Assembly: GCA_903910005.1 (NCBI GenBank)
Contig: CAIVXW010000040.1
Span: 1-41,255, forward strand
Direction of reading: 5' to 3'
DNA from: an uncultured Methylococcaceae bacterium
GTDB lineage: Bacteria > Pseudomonadota > Gammaproteobacteria > Methylococcales > Methylococcaceae
Length of the DNA stretch: 41,255 nt
Position 1 is the first letter of the stretch, and the number at the start of each line of letters is the position of its first letter. The position numbers were made by a program, and so were the translations under genes. A model generated the notes under the pieces. That model did not search any database. It had not been told where the DNA came from and worked only from the letters and a program-made list of their open reading frames with translations. This document shows positions 14,908 to 25,155 of the stretch, one piece after another.

Positions 14908-15891
14908 ATGCTGACTCTGGGTTCCTACTCGCTTCCCCATCGCCTCATATTGGCACCGATGGCTGGTGTGACGGATCGACCGTTCCGCGCCCTGTGCCGC
15001 CGGTATGGTGCCGATCTGGCGGTGTCGGAAATGGTCTCGGTCAACCCTGCCTTGCGGCATCATCCCAAAACCCTGCGGCGAACTGATCATGCCGGCGAGC
15101 CCTCACCCCGGTCGGTACAGATACTGGGCAATGATCCCCGCCATCTGGCCGAGGCGGCACGCATCAATGTGGAGCGGGGGGCAGATATTATCGACATCAA
15201 CATGGGATGCCCGGCCAAAAAGGTGTGCAACAAGGCCGCAGGTTCAGCCCTGCTCCGGGACGAGAGACAGGTCGGTACCCTGCTGGAGGCGGTGGTCAAC
15301 GCAGTGGATGTGCCGGTTACCCTGAAGATGCGAACCGGCTGGGCTCCGGAACAGCGCAACGGGGTGAGGATCGCCCAAATTGCCGAGCAGTCCGGAATTT
15401 GCGCCGTAACGGTACACGGACGCACCCGTGCCTGCGGCTTTTCCGGTGAGGCTGAATACCTTACAATCCGCGCCATCAAGGATGCCGTGACAATTCCGGT
15501 TATCGCCAATGGCGATATCGACACCCCCGAAAAAGCCCGTCAAGTGCTGGCTTTCACCGGAGCAGATGGCATCATGACGGGCCGTGCCGCACTGGGCCAA
15601 CCCTGGCTGTTCAGGGCCATGATCGCCCTGCTTGATCCTGGGCAGGCCCAGGCTCCGCCGGAATTGCCGGAGGTATTGTCCACAATCCTGAACCACCTTC
15701 AATCCCTGTATTCCTTCTATGGTGAACCCCAGGGGGTACGCATCGCCAGAAAACATCTGGGCTGGTACATGAAATACCTGGACGGCCCGGCTGATTTCAT
15801 GACCCGGTTCAACACGCTGGATACGGCCCGTGACCAACTCATGGCCACAGCATTATTGTCTCAACCCGACCACCCGAATTTGACGGCATGA
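14908..15891 (+). CDS. dusB: tRNA-dihydrouridine synthase B
   Basis: LAPMAGVTDRPFR, DINMGCPAKKV and VHGRTR motifs. It lies directly upstream of fis (the conserved dusB-fis operon). ATG 14908 (MLTLGSYSL) is preferred over the track start at 14890. Confidence 0.93.
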   Translation: MLTLGSYSLPHRLILAPMAGVTDRPFRALCRRYGADLAVSEMVSVNPALRHHPKTLRRTDHAGEPSPRSVQILGNDPRHLAEAARINVERGADIIDINMGCPAKKVCNKAAGSALLRDERQVGTLLEAVVNAVDVPVTLKMRTGWAPEQRNGVRIAQIAEQSGICAVTVHGRTRACGFSGEAEYLTIRAIKDAVTIPVIANGDIDTPEKARQVLAFTGADGIMTGRAALGQPWLFRAMIALLDPGQAQAPPELPEVLSTILNHLQSLYSFYGEPQGVRIARKHLGWYMKYLDGPADFMTRFNTLDTARDQLMATALLSQPDHPNLTA

Positions 15892-16250
15892 TGGCAGAAA
15901 AAAACAAAATGATGGTTCCCGGTACGGCAAAGGCTGACGGTGACTCACCTGATCTTCCCCTGAGCGAATGCGTCAGGTTGGCGATGCGCCAGTATTTTGA
16001 CCAACTGGATGGCTATGAGGCATCCGACGTCTACAACATGGTCATGGGTGAGATTGAAAAACCCATGATAGAGGTGGTGCTGGAGGAATGCGGACAGAAC
16101 CAGAGCAAGGCCGCCCAGTTGCTGGGATTAAGTCGCAGCACCTTGCGTAAAAAACTGGCCGAGTACGACATCCGTACCAGTGGTTGGGAAGCCAGCCGCC
16201 TCAGAAACATGGCCAAGCTCGCCCTGCGGGCCAAACTGATCAGGCCATAA
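15888..16250 (+). CDS. fis: Fis-family nucleoid-associated DNA-binding protein, with N- and C-terminal extensions relative to the 98-aa enterobacterial Fis
   Basis: The core YFDQLDG...VYNMVMGEIEKPMIEVVLEECGQNQSKAAQLLGLSRSTLRKKL contains the Fis HTH. The start overlaps the dusB stop (ATGA). Confidence 0.9.
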   Translation: MMAEKNKMMVPGTAKADGDSPDLPLSECVRLAMRQYFDQLDGYEASDVYNMVMGEIEKPMIEVVLEECGQNQSKAAQLLGLSRSTLRKKLAEYDIRTSGWEASRLRNMAKLALRAKLIRP

Positions 16251-16262
16251 CCCGGAAAATTC

Positions 16263-17825
16263 ATGAACCACCCAATCCAGCGAGCCCTCGTCAGCGTTTC
16301 CGACAAAACCGGCCTGATTGATTTTTGTCAGGGTCTGACGGCCCGGGGTATTGAGATCATTTCATCCGGCGGTACCGCGCACAGCCTCATGCAGGCAGGG
16401 ATTCCGGTACAGGATGTCTCGACCTATACCGGCTACCCCGAAATGATGGGCGGGCGGGTCAAAACCCTGCATCCCCGTATTCACGGCGGCATCCTCGGGC
16501 GACGGGGGGTCGACGATCCGGTCATGGCGGAACGGGACATTCCCGCCATTGATCTGGTCGTGGTCAATCTTTATCCCTTTGAAGCCACGGTCGCAGAGCC
16601 TGAATGCACTTTTGAACAGGCTATCGAACAGATTGATATTGGCGGGCCGGCCCTGGTTCGCTCGGCGGCCAAGAACCACGCCAGCGTCGCGGTCGTCGTT
16701 GACCCGGCCGATTACCCGGCCCTGCTGGATGAAATCCTGGTCGGCGACGGTGGTTTGCCGGAAACCCGGCGGCGTCAACTGGCTCTCAAGGCATTTCGCC
16801 ACACCGCAGGCTACGACGCCACCATTGCCGCTTACCTTGACCGGCAATTGACCGGGGGTATTTTTCCCGACCCGCTGTCACTCGGGGTAAGCCACCCACA
16901 GACTTTGCGTTATGGGGAAAATCCGCACCAGCGGGCCGCATTTTACCGGGATCGTCAGGGGATGAGCGGCGGCTGCCTGGGCAACGCCCGCCAGAAACAG
17001 GGCAAGGAACTGTCCTGGAACAACATCGCCGATGCCGATACCGCGCTTGAATGCGTCAGGTCATTCATCGGAATACCGGCCTGTGTCATCGTCAAACACG
17101 CCAACCCGTGCGGCGTGGCGAGCGGAACCGATTTGCGGGATGCCTATGATCGGGCGTATGCCACTGATCCCACCTCCGCATTTGGCGGCATCATCGCCTT
17201 CAACCAGCCGCTGGATGAAGCAACGGCCACTGCCATCATTGAACGCCAGTTTGTGGAGGTCATCGTCGCACCAGACATCCCGGCCGCCACGCTGGCGGTA
17301 CTTGCGGCCAAACCCAATGTCCGGGTTCTGGAAACAGGCCGCCTGGGGCGGCCGGCTGCCGGTTGGGACTTCAAACCGGTAACGGGCGGCTTGCTGGTAC
17401 AGGATCGGGACATGCGTGAACTGGATCTGGACGAACTGCGTATCGTCACGGCCCGGATACCGACCGAAGCCGAATGGGCCGATTTACTGTTTGCCTGGAA
17501 GGTGGTGAAGTTCGTTAAATCCAATGCCATCGTCTACGCCCGCAACCAGCAAACCGTCGGTATCGGGGCCGGTCAGATGAGCCGGGTCTATTCGGCCCGG
17601 ATTGCCGCCATCAAGGCCAGTGATGCAGGTCTCAGCGTAACCGGCGCGGTCATGGCGTCCGATGCCTTTTTTCCGTTCCGGGACGGCATTGACTCGGCTG
17701 CCAGTGAAGGTATTACCGCCGTCATCCAGCCCGGTGGATCGGTGCGGGACGAAGAAATAATCGCCGCCGCCAACGAACACGGCCTGGCCATGGTATTCAC
17801 CGGCGTCCGCCATTTCAGGCATTAA
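16263..17825 (+). CDS. purH: Bifunctional AICAR transformylase / IMP cyclohydrolase PurH
   Basis: [42 protein letters not shown] and a C-terminal FTGVRHFRH. Confidence 0.97.
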   Translation: MNHPIQRALVSVSDKTGLIDFCQGLTARGIEIISSGGTAHSLMQAGIPVQDVSTYTGYPEMMGGRVKTLHPRIHGGILGRRGVDDPVMAERDIPAIDLVVVNLYPFEATVAEPECTFEQAIEQIDIGGPALVRSAAKNHASVAVVVDPADYPALLDEILVGDGGLPETRRRQLALKAFRHTAGYDATIAAYLDRQLTGGIFPDPLSLGVSHPQTLRYGENPHQRAAFYRDRQGMSGGCLGNARQKQGKELSWNNIADADTALECVRSFIGIPACVIVKHANPCGVASGTDLRDAYDRAYATDPTSAFGGIIAFNQPLDEATATAIIERQFVEVIVAPDIPAATLAVLAAKPNVRVLETGRLGRPAAGWDFKPVTGGLLVQDRDMRELDLDELRIVTARIPTEAEWADLLFAWKVVKFVKSNAIVYARNQQTVGIGAGQMSRVYSARIAAIKASDAGLSVTGAVMASDAFFPFRDGIDSAASEGITAVIQPGGSVRDEEIIAAANEHGLAMVFTGVRHFRH

Positions 17826-18690
17826 GGCATTGCCCCAGACTTTCGCCCATGTGCAGTGGCGAGCCTGCCGCCAGTGATTCCGACCAGGCGACCGCCTCAG
17901 GGCCGAACAGCACGATAATGGTCGAACCCATATTGAAACGGCCCAACTCCTCTCCCTGTCTCAATTGTGGCGGGTTTTTCGAGTAATGCCAGACGGTGAT
18001 GACCTCGCCCCGGGGCGGGGTCACCACCCCATACCAGGTGGTTTCAATGCTGGCCACAAACAGGGCACCGACCAGCACCAGGGCCATTGGCCCGGCTTCG
18101 GTATCGAACAGGGCAATCACCCGCTCATTGCGTCCATACAGATTGGGAACCCGCTCACTGGTGGTCTGGTTGACGCTGAATAACTGTCCGGGCACCAGAA
18201 TCATCTGCCGCAGCGTGCCATCGAGTGGCATGTGCAAACGGTGGTAATCACGCGGCGACAGATAAACCGTTACAAAATGGCCGTTGTGGAAGGGCAGGGC
18301 GCGTTCCCCACTCCCCCCCAGCAAGGCACTGAGCCCAAAGCATTTGTCTTTGGCCTGAATCATTGATCCATCGCTGCAACGGCCAATCTGGCTGATGACG
18401 CCATCGGCCGGGCTGGCGATTTGGGCAGGACCAATCGGCAGGGGTCTGGCTCCCCACTTGAGGGGCCGGGTGAAAAAGGCATTGAAACAGTCGTATTGCG
18501 AGGGGTCGGGGTATTTCGCCTCCCTGAGATCAACCCGGTAAAGACGGATAAAGCCCCGGATCAGGCCATCCTTGACCAGTGGGGTACGGCAATGGGTTAA
18601 CCGCCCCACCAGACGGGACAGCCAATGGTGGGGCAGTCCATACTGCATCGCCACAAACAGGATTTTGCTCAGGGACATAAACGATGGCAC
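17815..18690 (-). CDS. psd: Phosphatidylserine decarboxylase proenzyme
   Basis: [20 protein letters not shown] and the self-cleavage site [11 protein letters not shown]. The 3' end overlaps the purH 3' end by 11 nt. Confidence 0.93.
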   Translation of the reverse strand: MPSFMSLSKILFVAMQYGLPHHWLSRLVGRLTHCRTPLVKDGLIRGFIRLYRVDLREAKYPDPSQYDCFNAFFTRPLKWGARPLPIGPAQIASPADGVISQIGRCSDGSMIQAKDKCFGLSALLGGSGERALPFHNGHFVTVYLSPRDYHRLHMPLDGTLRQMILVPGQLFSVNQTTSERVPNLYGRNERVIALFDTEAGPMALVLVGALFVASIETTWYGVVTPPRGEVITVWHYSKNPPQLRQGEELGRFNMGSTIIVLFGPEAVAWSESLAAGSPLHMGESLGQCLNA

Positions 18691-18852
18691 CGGTAATAAA
18701 ACGGAAAAACCGGCTGAGTGTACCAGTTTGACCGCGCCGGGTCAGCGTCCGGCTTAACGAAACAACGAGGCAACCGTCATGGGCCGTCCGGCAACACCGG
18801 CATACACTATTGAACCCACCGTAATCGGTGGTCGACCTCAGGGGGTGAATCC

Positions 18853-21800
18853 ATGAGTCGGAAAACCCGTAAAACCCGCCGTCAATCCCGTCTGCAATCC
18901 GGAATACCCGCCCAAACCGGGACGGTGTCTGACCGGCTCAACAAGGCACTCGATCTACACCGACAAGGCAATCTGGATGCGGCCTGTGCCCTGTACCATT
19001 CAATCCTGCAACAGGAACCGGAACATTTTGAGGCCTTGCAGTTACTGGGGGTATTGCGAATACGCCAGCAACGTTACACCGAAGCACTCGAATACCTGGA
19101 TCATGCCCTGTGCATTCGGGCGGATGTGATTGCGGTACACAATAACCGGGGCATCGCCTTGCACCGCCTCGGACGTCCGCAGGAATCCCTGGCCAGTTAC
19201 CAGCGGGTGTTGCAGGCGAATCCGGATTACGCTGAAGCCTGGTACAACCAGGGCATTGTCCAGCAGGAAACTGGCCAGTACCCGGAGGCTCTGGCCAGTT
19301 ACGAGCGGGCACTGGCCCTCAAGCCCGATTATTTCGAGGCACATGGCAACCGGGGCAATACCCTCAAGAGCCTGCACCGGCTGGAAGAAGCCCTGGGCAG
19401 TTATCAACGGGCACTGGCCATCCGCCCGGATTACGCGACGGCACTCTACAATTTAAGCGAAACCCTGGGTGACCTGGGACGCTTTGACGAATCGGTTGAA
19501 AACTACCACGCTGCCGTTCAACTGGCCCCGCATCCCGGTCACTACAGTAACTACCTGTTCATGCTGGCCTGTTATGCCGAACGGCAGACACCCGCCGCAT
19601 TGCTTGAGGCGGCCCGGAGTTGGGAGGGCGTTGCCCTGACCGCTGCCGAGCGTGCGGCGGCCCGACTGCGCCGTTTCAGTCCACCGCCGCGACAGGGGCG
19701 TCCACTCAGGGTTGGTATTGTTTCTGCCGAACTGGGGCAACACGCCGTCGCCTACTTCCTCATGTCCTGGCTGGGGCACCTGAATCCGGAACGAATCAGC
19801 CTGTACCTTTACCCCGTCCTCATGCGCAGCGAGGCCGCATCGCAGGTATTTCAATCCCTGGGTGCCCGCTGGCATCCACTGGATCGTCTCGATGATGCAT
19901 CTGCGGCTGAACAAATAAGAAGCGACGGCATCGACATCCTCATGGATGTGAGCGGTCACACCGCACACAACCGGTTGGGCCTGTTCGCCCACAGGGCTGC
20001 CCCGGTTCAGTGTCACTACATCGGCTTTTTTGCTACCACCGGCCTGACTGAAATGGATTACTTTCTGGCCGATGAGGTATTGGTGCCGTCTGCACTGGCG
20101 GATCAGTTCGTCGAAACGGTATGGCGACTACCTCGCCCCTGGCTGGCCTATGCACCGCTGGAAAATGCTCCGGAACCGGGCTGGCAAGCCCCGGATGATG
20201 GCACGGTGTGTCTGGGCAGTTTCAATAACCTGATAAAAGTACGGGAGGATTGCCTGGACTTATGGGCCCGGGTGATGCGAGCCCTGCCGGAAGCCTGGTT
20301 GCTGCTGAAGGATGGCAAGGCCACCGATGCCACCACCCGGCAGCGTATTTGCGACGGTCTTTCGCGGCGGGGCGTGGATGACCGCCGGGTGGCTTTCGCC
20401 GCACGAACCGCCTCCTGGCAGGAACATATGGCCCTGTACGATCAGGTGGACATTGCCCTGGATACCCTGCCGCTCAACAGTGGCACCACTGCCTTTGATG
20501 CCCTGTGGATGGGCGTTCCCCTGATAACCCTGGCGGGAAATACCCTGGCGGGACGGATGGGGGCCGCGATTGTCGCCGGTATGGGTCAGTCGGACTGGAT
20601 TGCCCGGGATTCAGATGACTACGTGGCCAAAGTGGTTGCCCTGGCGCGGGATTTATCGCTGCGAAAGAGGTTGAGACCGGGCCAGCGTGAACGGATGCGT
20701 GCAAGCCCCCTGTGTGACGGCGTGGGTCTGGCCCGAGTGCTGGAGGATGCGTTTGAAACCTGGTTTGACCGGTATGTCGGCTCGACATCCTCCCGTTTAC
20801 CGGTTGAGCATCGCCCGGCGGTCAGTGGCGGTACACCCGACGAAATCCTGCAACAGGCTCTGGATCTGCACCGACGCGGTCAGCTTGCCGAGGCCCAGGC
20901 CTGCTACGACACCCTGCTTGCACAGGATCCCCGGCATTTTGATGCCCTGCAGTTGGCAGGGGCTCTGGCCGCCCAGCAGGAACGCTGGCAACAGGCTCTG
21001 GAGTACGTGGATCACGCCCTGCTGATTCGTCAGGATCAGGCCGAGGTACATTACAACCGGGGCATCATTCTGCAAAACCTGCAACGGCCCGAAGCTGCCC
21101 TCGACAGCTATCGTCAGGCCTTGCGACTGGATCACGGCCATCTCGAAGCCCGCAACAACCTGGGGCTGATGCTGCAACGCCTGAATCGTCTTGATGAAGC
21201 TCTGGTTGCCTACGAAACCGTGCTGAGGATCAAACCCGATTATGCCGAGGTACATTGCAACAAGGGCAATGTACTGAAGGACATGCAGCGACTGGATGAA
21301 GCCCTGTCCTGCTACGAACAGGCGATTCGGTTCAGGCCGGATTACGCCCTGGCTCACTACAACATGGGTAACCTGTTCGCCGCCAGGGAGCGGGCGGATC
21401 AGGCCCTGATTCATTATGAATACGCGCTGCAACTGGGTTTTTGCCGTGCCGAGGTTTATTTCAACCGGGGTAATGCCCTCAAAAAGATGGGCTTGCTGCA
21501 GGAAGCCCTTGCCAGTTACGGGCAGGCGTTACGGCTTGATCCGGATTATGCGGAGGCCCATTACAACAGTGGCAATCTGCTGCGGGAAATCAGTCAGCCG
21601 GATGAAGGACTGGCCCACTACCGGCAGGCCATCAGCACCCGGCCCGATTTTGCCGATGTTTATGTCAATCGTGGCAACGCCTGCAAGGATATGGGACGTC
21701 TGGCCGAGGCGGAAGCCAGTTACCGTCAGGCAGTGTCCCTGTGCCCGCAGCACCCGGGGTATCGCAGCAATCTGCTGTTCCTGCTGGGCTATTGTCCGGA

Positions 21801-23016
21801 ACGGCAATCGGTGCAAGACTATCTGCAGGAGGCTCGAGCCTGGGAGCAAAGCGTGCTGACCGATGCCGAGCGGCAGGCAGTCGCTACACAGCGGTTTGAT
21901 CGCCCCGCCCGTATCGGGCGTCCACTGCGGGTCGGGGTGCTGTCGGCTGAATTGGGTCAACATGCCGTCGCCTATTTTCTCAACACCTGGATGGCTCACC
22001 TGAATCGTGACCGGGTTCAGTTGTTTCTTTATCCCGCCCGACAGATTGACGACCAACATGCCCAAAGCTTCAGGGCCATGGCGGATGCCGTGTGCCCGGT
22101 GGATGATCTGGATGACGCCGCCGCAGTAGCCCGTATCCGCTCGGATGCCCTGGATATCCTGATGGATACCAGCGGCCATACCGGCAGCAACCGGCTGGGT
22201 ATCATTGCCCGCCGGGCCGCCCCCATCCAGTGCCACTACATCGGCTATTTTGCCAGCACTGGCCTCAGCGAAATGGACTACTTTCTGGCCGATGAGGTAC
22301 TAATTCCGTCCGCGCTGGACGACCGGTTCGTGGAGCAGGTCTGGCGATTACCCCGCCCCTGGCTGGCCTATGGGCCGCTGGAACAGGCACCGCAAATTGA
22401 CTGGAAACCGGCTGCCGATGGCCGCATCTGTCTGGGCAGTTTCAATAATCTGGTCAAGGTACGGGAAAATTGCCTGGCGTTGTGGGCCCGGGTGATGCAG
22501 GCTCTGCCGGAAGCCTGGTTGCTGTTGAAGGACGGACGGGCCAGCGATGCCAGTACCCGGCGGCGCGTCACCGAGACACTGCAGCAGTGGGGGGTAACAC
22601 CGGATCGGGTGGTTTTTGCCGCACGCACGGCCGCCTGGCAGGAACACATGATGCTTTACAATCAGGTGGACATTGCCCTGGATACCCTGCCACTCAACAG
22701 TGGCACCACCGCCTTTGATGCCCTGTGGATGGGGGTTCCCCTGATAACCCTGGCAGGAGACCACATGGCCGGACGCATGGGGGCTGCCATCGTCACCGGT
22801 ATGGGACAACCCGACTGGGTTGCCACCACTGCCGACGACTACGTGGCCCGGGTAGTCGCCCTGGCGCGGGATATACCGACCCGAACCGCCCTGAGGGCCA
22901 ACCAGCGCGAACGGATGCGGGTCAGTCCGCTCTGCGATGGAGCCTACCTGGCCCGCACACTGGAAGACACGTTCGAGACCTGGTTTGATCGATGGAGCCT
23001 GTCCGGTACCGCCTGA
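18853..23016 (+). CDS. Tandem double-module TPR + GT41 (SPINDLY/O-GlcNAc-transferase-like) glycosyltransferase, 1387 aa
   Basis: TPR repeats (e.g. AEAWYNQGIVQQETGQYPEALASYERALALKPDY) are followed by a GT41-type catalytic region. Its motifs are RVGIVSAELGQHAVAYF, DILMDVSGHTAHNRL, CLGSFNNLIKV and DIALDTLPLNSGTTAFDALWMGVPLITLAG. The whole TPR+GT arrangement then repeats (RVGVLSAELGQHAVAYF ... DIALDTLPLNSGTTAFDALWMGVPLITLAG). AGGGGG RBS sits 8 nt upstream. Confidence 0.85.
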   Translation: MSRKTRKTRRQSRLQSGIPAQTGTVSDRLNKALDLHRQGNLDAACALYHSILQQEPEHFEALQLLGVLRIRQQRYTEALEYLDHALCIRADVIAVHNNRGIALHRLGRPQESLASYQRVLQANPDYAEAWYNQGIVQQETGQYPEALASYERALALKPDYFEAHGNRGNTLKSLHRLEEALGSYQRALAIRPDYATALYNLSETLGDLGRFDESVENYHAAVQLAPHPGHYSNYLFMLACYAERQTPAALLEAARSWEGVALTAAERAAARLRRFSPPPRQGRPLRVGIVSAELGQHAVAYFLMSWLGHLNPERISLYLYPVLMRSEAASQVFQSLGARWHPLDRLDDASAAEQIRSDGIDILMDVSGHTAHNRLGLFAHRAAPVQCHYIGFFATTGLTEMDYFLADEVLVPSALADQFVETVWRLPRPWLAYAPLENAPEPGWQAPDDGTVCLGSFNNLIKVREDCLDLWARVMRALPEAWLLLKDGKATDATTRQRICDGLSRRGVDDRRVAFAARTASWQEHMALYDQVDIALDTLPLNSGTTAFDALWMGVPLITLAGNTLAGRMGAAIVAGMGQSDWIARDSDDYVAKVVALARDLSLRKRLRPGQRERMRASPLCDGVGLARVLEDAFETWFDRYVGSTSSRLPVEHRPAVSGGTPDEILQQALDLHRRGQLAEAQACYDTLLAQDPRHFDALQLAGALAAQQERWQQALEYVDHALLIRQDQAEVHYNRGIILQNLQRPEAALDSYRQALRLDHGHLEARNNLGLMLQRLNRLDEALVAYETVLRIKPDYAEVHCNKGNVLKDMQRLDEALSCYEQAIRFRPDYALAHYNMGNLFAARERADQALIHYEYALQLGFCRAEVYFNRGNALKKMGLLQEALASYGQALRLDPDYAEAHYNSGNLLREISQPDEGLAHYRQAISTRPDFADVYVNRGNACKDMGRLAEAEASYRQAVSLCPQHPGYRSNLLFLLGYCPERQSVQDYLQEARAWEQSVLTDAERQAVATQRFDRPARIGRPLRVGVLSAELGQHAVAYFLNTWMAHLNRDRVQLFLYPARQIDDQHAQSFRAMADAVCPVDDLDDAAAVARIRSDALDILMDTSGHTGSNRLGIIARRAAPIQCHYIGYFASTGLSEMDYFLADEVLIPSALDDRFVEQVWRLPRPWLAYGPLEQAPQIDWKPAADGRICLGSFNNLVKVRENCLALWARVMQALPEAWLLLKDGRASDASTRRRVTETLQQWGVTPDRVVFAARTAAWQEHMMLYNQVDIALDTLPLNSGTTAFDALWMGVPLITLAGDHMAGRMGAAIVTGMGQPDWVATTADDYVARVVALARDIPTRTALRANQRERMRVSPLCDGAYLARTLEDTFETWFDRWSLSGTA
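19531..20775 (+). repeat. Internal duplication, copy 1: GT41-like catalytic module (aa 227-641)
   Basis: It aligns without net indel to 21751..22995 at a constant offset of 2220 nt. 20441..20534 versus 22661..22754 shows 3 mismatches in 94 nt. Confidence 0.85.
21751..22995 (+). repeat. Internal duplication, copy 2: GT41-like catalytic module (aa 967-1381)
   Basis: See copy 1. Both copies are 1245 nt, start at HPG(H/Y) and end at ETWFDR(Y/W). Confidence 0.85.
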
Positions 23017-23086
23017 GTCAATTCACCGATGCCGCAATGGTTGCGTCTGCAGCAATTTTTAACATAACCCAAGATAGCAGCAACGA

Positions 23087-24061
23087 ATGTCAATGAACGA
23101 TACTGCATATCTACAGGCACGAACCCTGTTTCAGGCCGGGCATTACCCGGCGGCAACCCTGATTTGTCAGCAGTATCCTGCTGACTTCAATCATTTGTAT
23201 TTGCTGGGGCTGATTCATGCCGAAACCTGCCAATACGACCAGGCCCTTGCCTGTCTGGAAGCCGCCCGGGTGCTTGATTCAAACCACCTCGGTCTGAAGG
23301 CGGACAGGGAGCGCGTCCTGAATGCGGTCAACCGGCAAAAACTGATGCTGGCTCTGGGGCTGCATCAGCACCATCGAGCGGTAGCTGCTGCATCGGTCTA
23401 TGATGAAATCCTGCAAACCGACCCGCAGCATTTTGATGCCCTGCAACTGCGGGGGGCTCTGGCCCTGCAGCGGGGCGACTATCGACAGGCTCTGAACGAT
23501 CTGAACCGGGCTGTCTCCATCCGTACCGATTATGCCGACGCCCACAGCAACCGGGGGATTGCCCTGCAGGAACTGGGACGTTTTGAAGAAGCCCTGGCAA
23601 GCTACGACCGTGCCCTGAGCCTGACCGCCGCCAATCCCCGGATTCACAACAACCGCGGTAACACCCTGAAGGAACTCAACCGTCTCGACGAGGCACTGGT
23701 GAGTTACGGTCATGCCCTGGCACTTGACCCGAATTATGCCGATGCCTGGAGCAACCAGGGCAGTACCCTGAACGCCCTGCAGCGCAGCGATGAGGCACTG
23801 CTCTGTTATGACCGGGCCCTGAGTCTTGATCCAACCCTGGCAGAAGCCTGGTTTAACCGGGGCAACATCCTCAGGGAGCGAAATCAACTGGAAGAGGCTC
23901 TGGCCTGTTATGACCGGGCTTTGACTCTCAAGCCGACATTTGCCCGGGTTTACAACAATCGGGGCATCGTTTTACAGGATTTGGGCTATCTGGGTGAAGC
24001 CCTGGCCAGTTATGAACGGGCTCTTGAACTGGATATGGCGGCTTCGGAGAAGTCGGCATGA
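23087..24061 (+). CDS. Stand-alone TPR-repeat protein (no catalytic domain)
   Basis: There are about 7 TPR units, and the segment DPQHFDALQLRGALALQRGDYRQALNDLNRAVSIRTDYADAHSNRGIALQELGRFEEALASYDRAL is closely related to both TPR arrays of the upstream GT. The stop overlaps the next start (ATGA at 24058-24061). Confidence 0.85.
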   Translation: MSMNDTAYLQARTLFQAGHYPAATLICQQYPADFNHLYLLGLIHAETCQYDQALACLEAARVLDSNHLGLKADRERVLNAVNRQKLMLALGLHQHHRAVAAASVYDEILQTDPQHFDALQLRGALALQRGDYRQALNDLNRAVSIRTDYADAHSNRGIALQELGRFEEALASYDRALSLTAANPRIHNNRGNTLKELNRLDEALVSYGHALALDPNYADAWSNQGSTLNALQRSDEALLCYDRALSLDPTLAEAWFNRGNILRERNQLEEALACYDRALTLKPTFARVYNNRGIVLQDLGYLGEALASYERALELDMAASEKSA

Positions 24062-25155
24062 TTCACACCGGCATACACCCCACCGCCGTCATTGATAACC
24101 AGGGCATTTGTGAAATGCCCGATACCACCATCATGGAAGCCGGGGCCATCATTTCGATCGGCTCACGCGGACGAATTCAGCTTGGTAACCGCAACATCCT
24201 CTACCCGCAAGTCAGCATTCGTATCGACCAGGGCTGGATGCTGACCGGCGATGAGGTTTCATTCGGCTCCGGCTGTCAGATTTACGAACCCCGGGCCGGT
24301 CTGGAGATTGGCCATCATTGCCTGATTGCCGGCAATGTCAGCATCTGTGGCGTCAAGCACGGGCGCATGGATCCGACCATCCCCATGCGGCAGCAGCCTG
24401 CGGAAAATCTGCCGATTCACATTGGCGATAATGTCTGGATCGGGATGGGAGTCATCATTCAGGCCGGTGTCCGTATTGGTTCAGGGGCGGTGATCGGGGC
24501 GGGTTCGGTGGTGACCCGGGATATACCGGAATGGGCCATTGCCTGGGGGACGCCCTGCCGGGTGCAGCGCATGCGCGGCAATGGCCACTTCATGGCGCAT
24601 CTGGAAGACGGCCCCCTGCGCCTGCATCTGGGGTGCGGTCCCCGTTTCATTCCGGGTTTTTTGCACGTGGATGCCCAGCCTCATCCCCATGTCGATCTGG
24701 TGGCGGATGTCGCCCGGCTGGAGATGATTCCCGACGCCAGTGTTGACCTGATCTATGCCTCTCATGTACTGGAACATTTTGGACGCTGGGAATTTCGCGG
24801 CGTCCTGACCGAATGGCGGCGTATTCTCAAACCCGGCGGCGTGCTGCGACTGGCCGTACCGGATTTTGCCGCCTGTGCCAAACTGTATTACGAGAACGGT
24901 CTGGCTGATGGTTTGAATGGCCTGATTGGCCTGGTTTGCGGCGGGCAGCGGGATGAGCATGATTTTCACCGCATGATTTTCGACGAACCCTTTCTCACCC
25001 ATGAGTTGGTGGGGCTTGGCTTTCGTCAGGTGCGCCGTTGGGACTGGCGAGACACCGAACACGCTGACATCGACGATTATTCCCAGTCATACCTGCCCCA
25101 TCTGGACAAGAACCGGGGAACCCTGATGAGCCTGAATCTGGAGGCACGCCGATGA
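24058..25155 (+). CDS. Fusion protein: N-terminal left-handed-beta-helix (hexapeptide) acyl/acetyltransferase + C-terminal class I SAM-dependent methyltransferase
   Basis: Hexapeptide-repeat region: IHIGDNVWIGMGVIIQAGVRIGSGAVIGAGSVVTRDIP. Methyltransferase region: LRLHLGCGPRFIPGFLHVD (motif I), DLIYASHVLEHF and ILKPGGVLRLAVPD. Confidence 0.75.
   Translation: MIHTGIHPTAVIDNQGICEMPDTTIMEAGAIISIGSRGRIQLGNRNILYPQVSIRIDQGWMLTGDEVSFGSGCQIYEPRAGLEIGHHCLIAGNVSICGVKHGRMDPTIPMRQQPAENLPIHIGDNVWIGMGVIIQAGVRIGSGAVIGAGSVVTRDIPEWAIAWGTPCRVQRMRGNGHFMAHLEDGPLRLHLGCGPRFIPGFLHVDAQPHPHVDLVADVARLEMIPDASVDLIYASHVLEHFGRWEFRGVLTEWRRILKPGGVLRLAVPDFAACAKLYYENGLADGLNGLIGLVCGGQRDEHDFHRMIFDEPFLTHELVGLGFRQVRRWDWRDTEHADIDDYSQSYLPHLDKNRGTLMSLNLEARR

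Noticed and set aside
17815-17825. 11-nt convergent overlap of the purH and psd 3' ends (and the 9-nt gap between the ATPase and the EEP gene at 7880-7888)
   Set aside because: Both stops are clear and the C-termini match family expectations. Short convergent overlaps are common in compact genomes and need no special explanation.
19453-23887. Several 187-235-aa minus-strand ORFs inside the TPR/GT41 and TPR genes
   Set aside because: All are antisense to TPR or GT41 coding sequence and have no motifs. Their recurrence simply mirrors the internal duplication of the sense gene.
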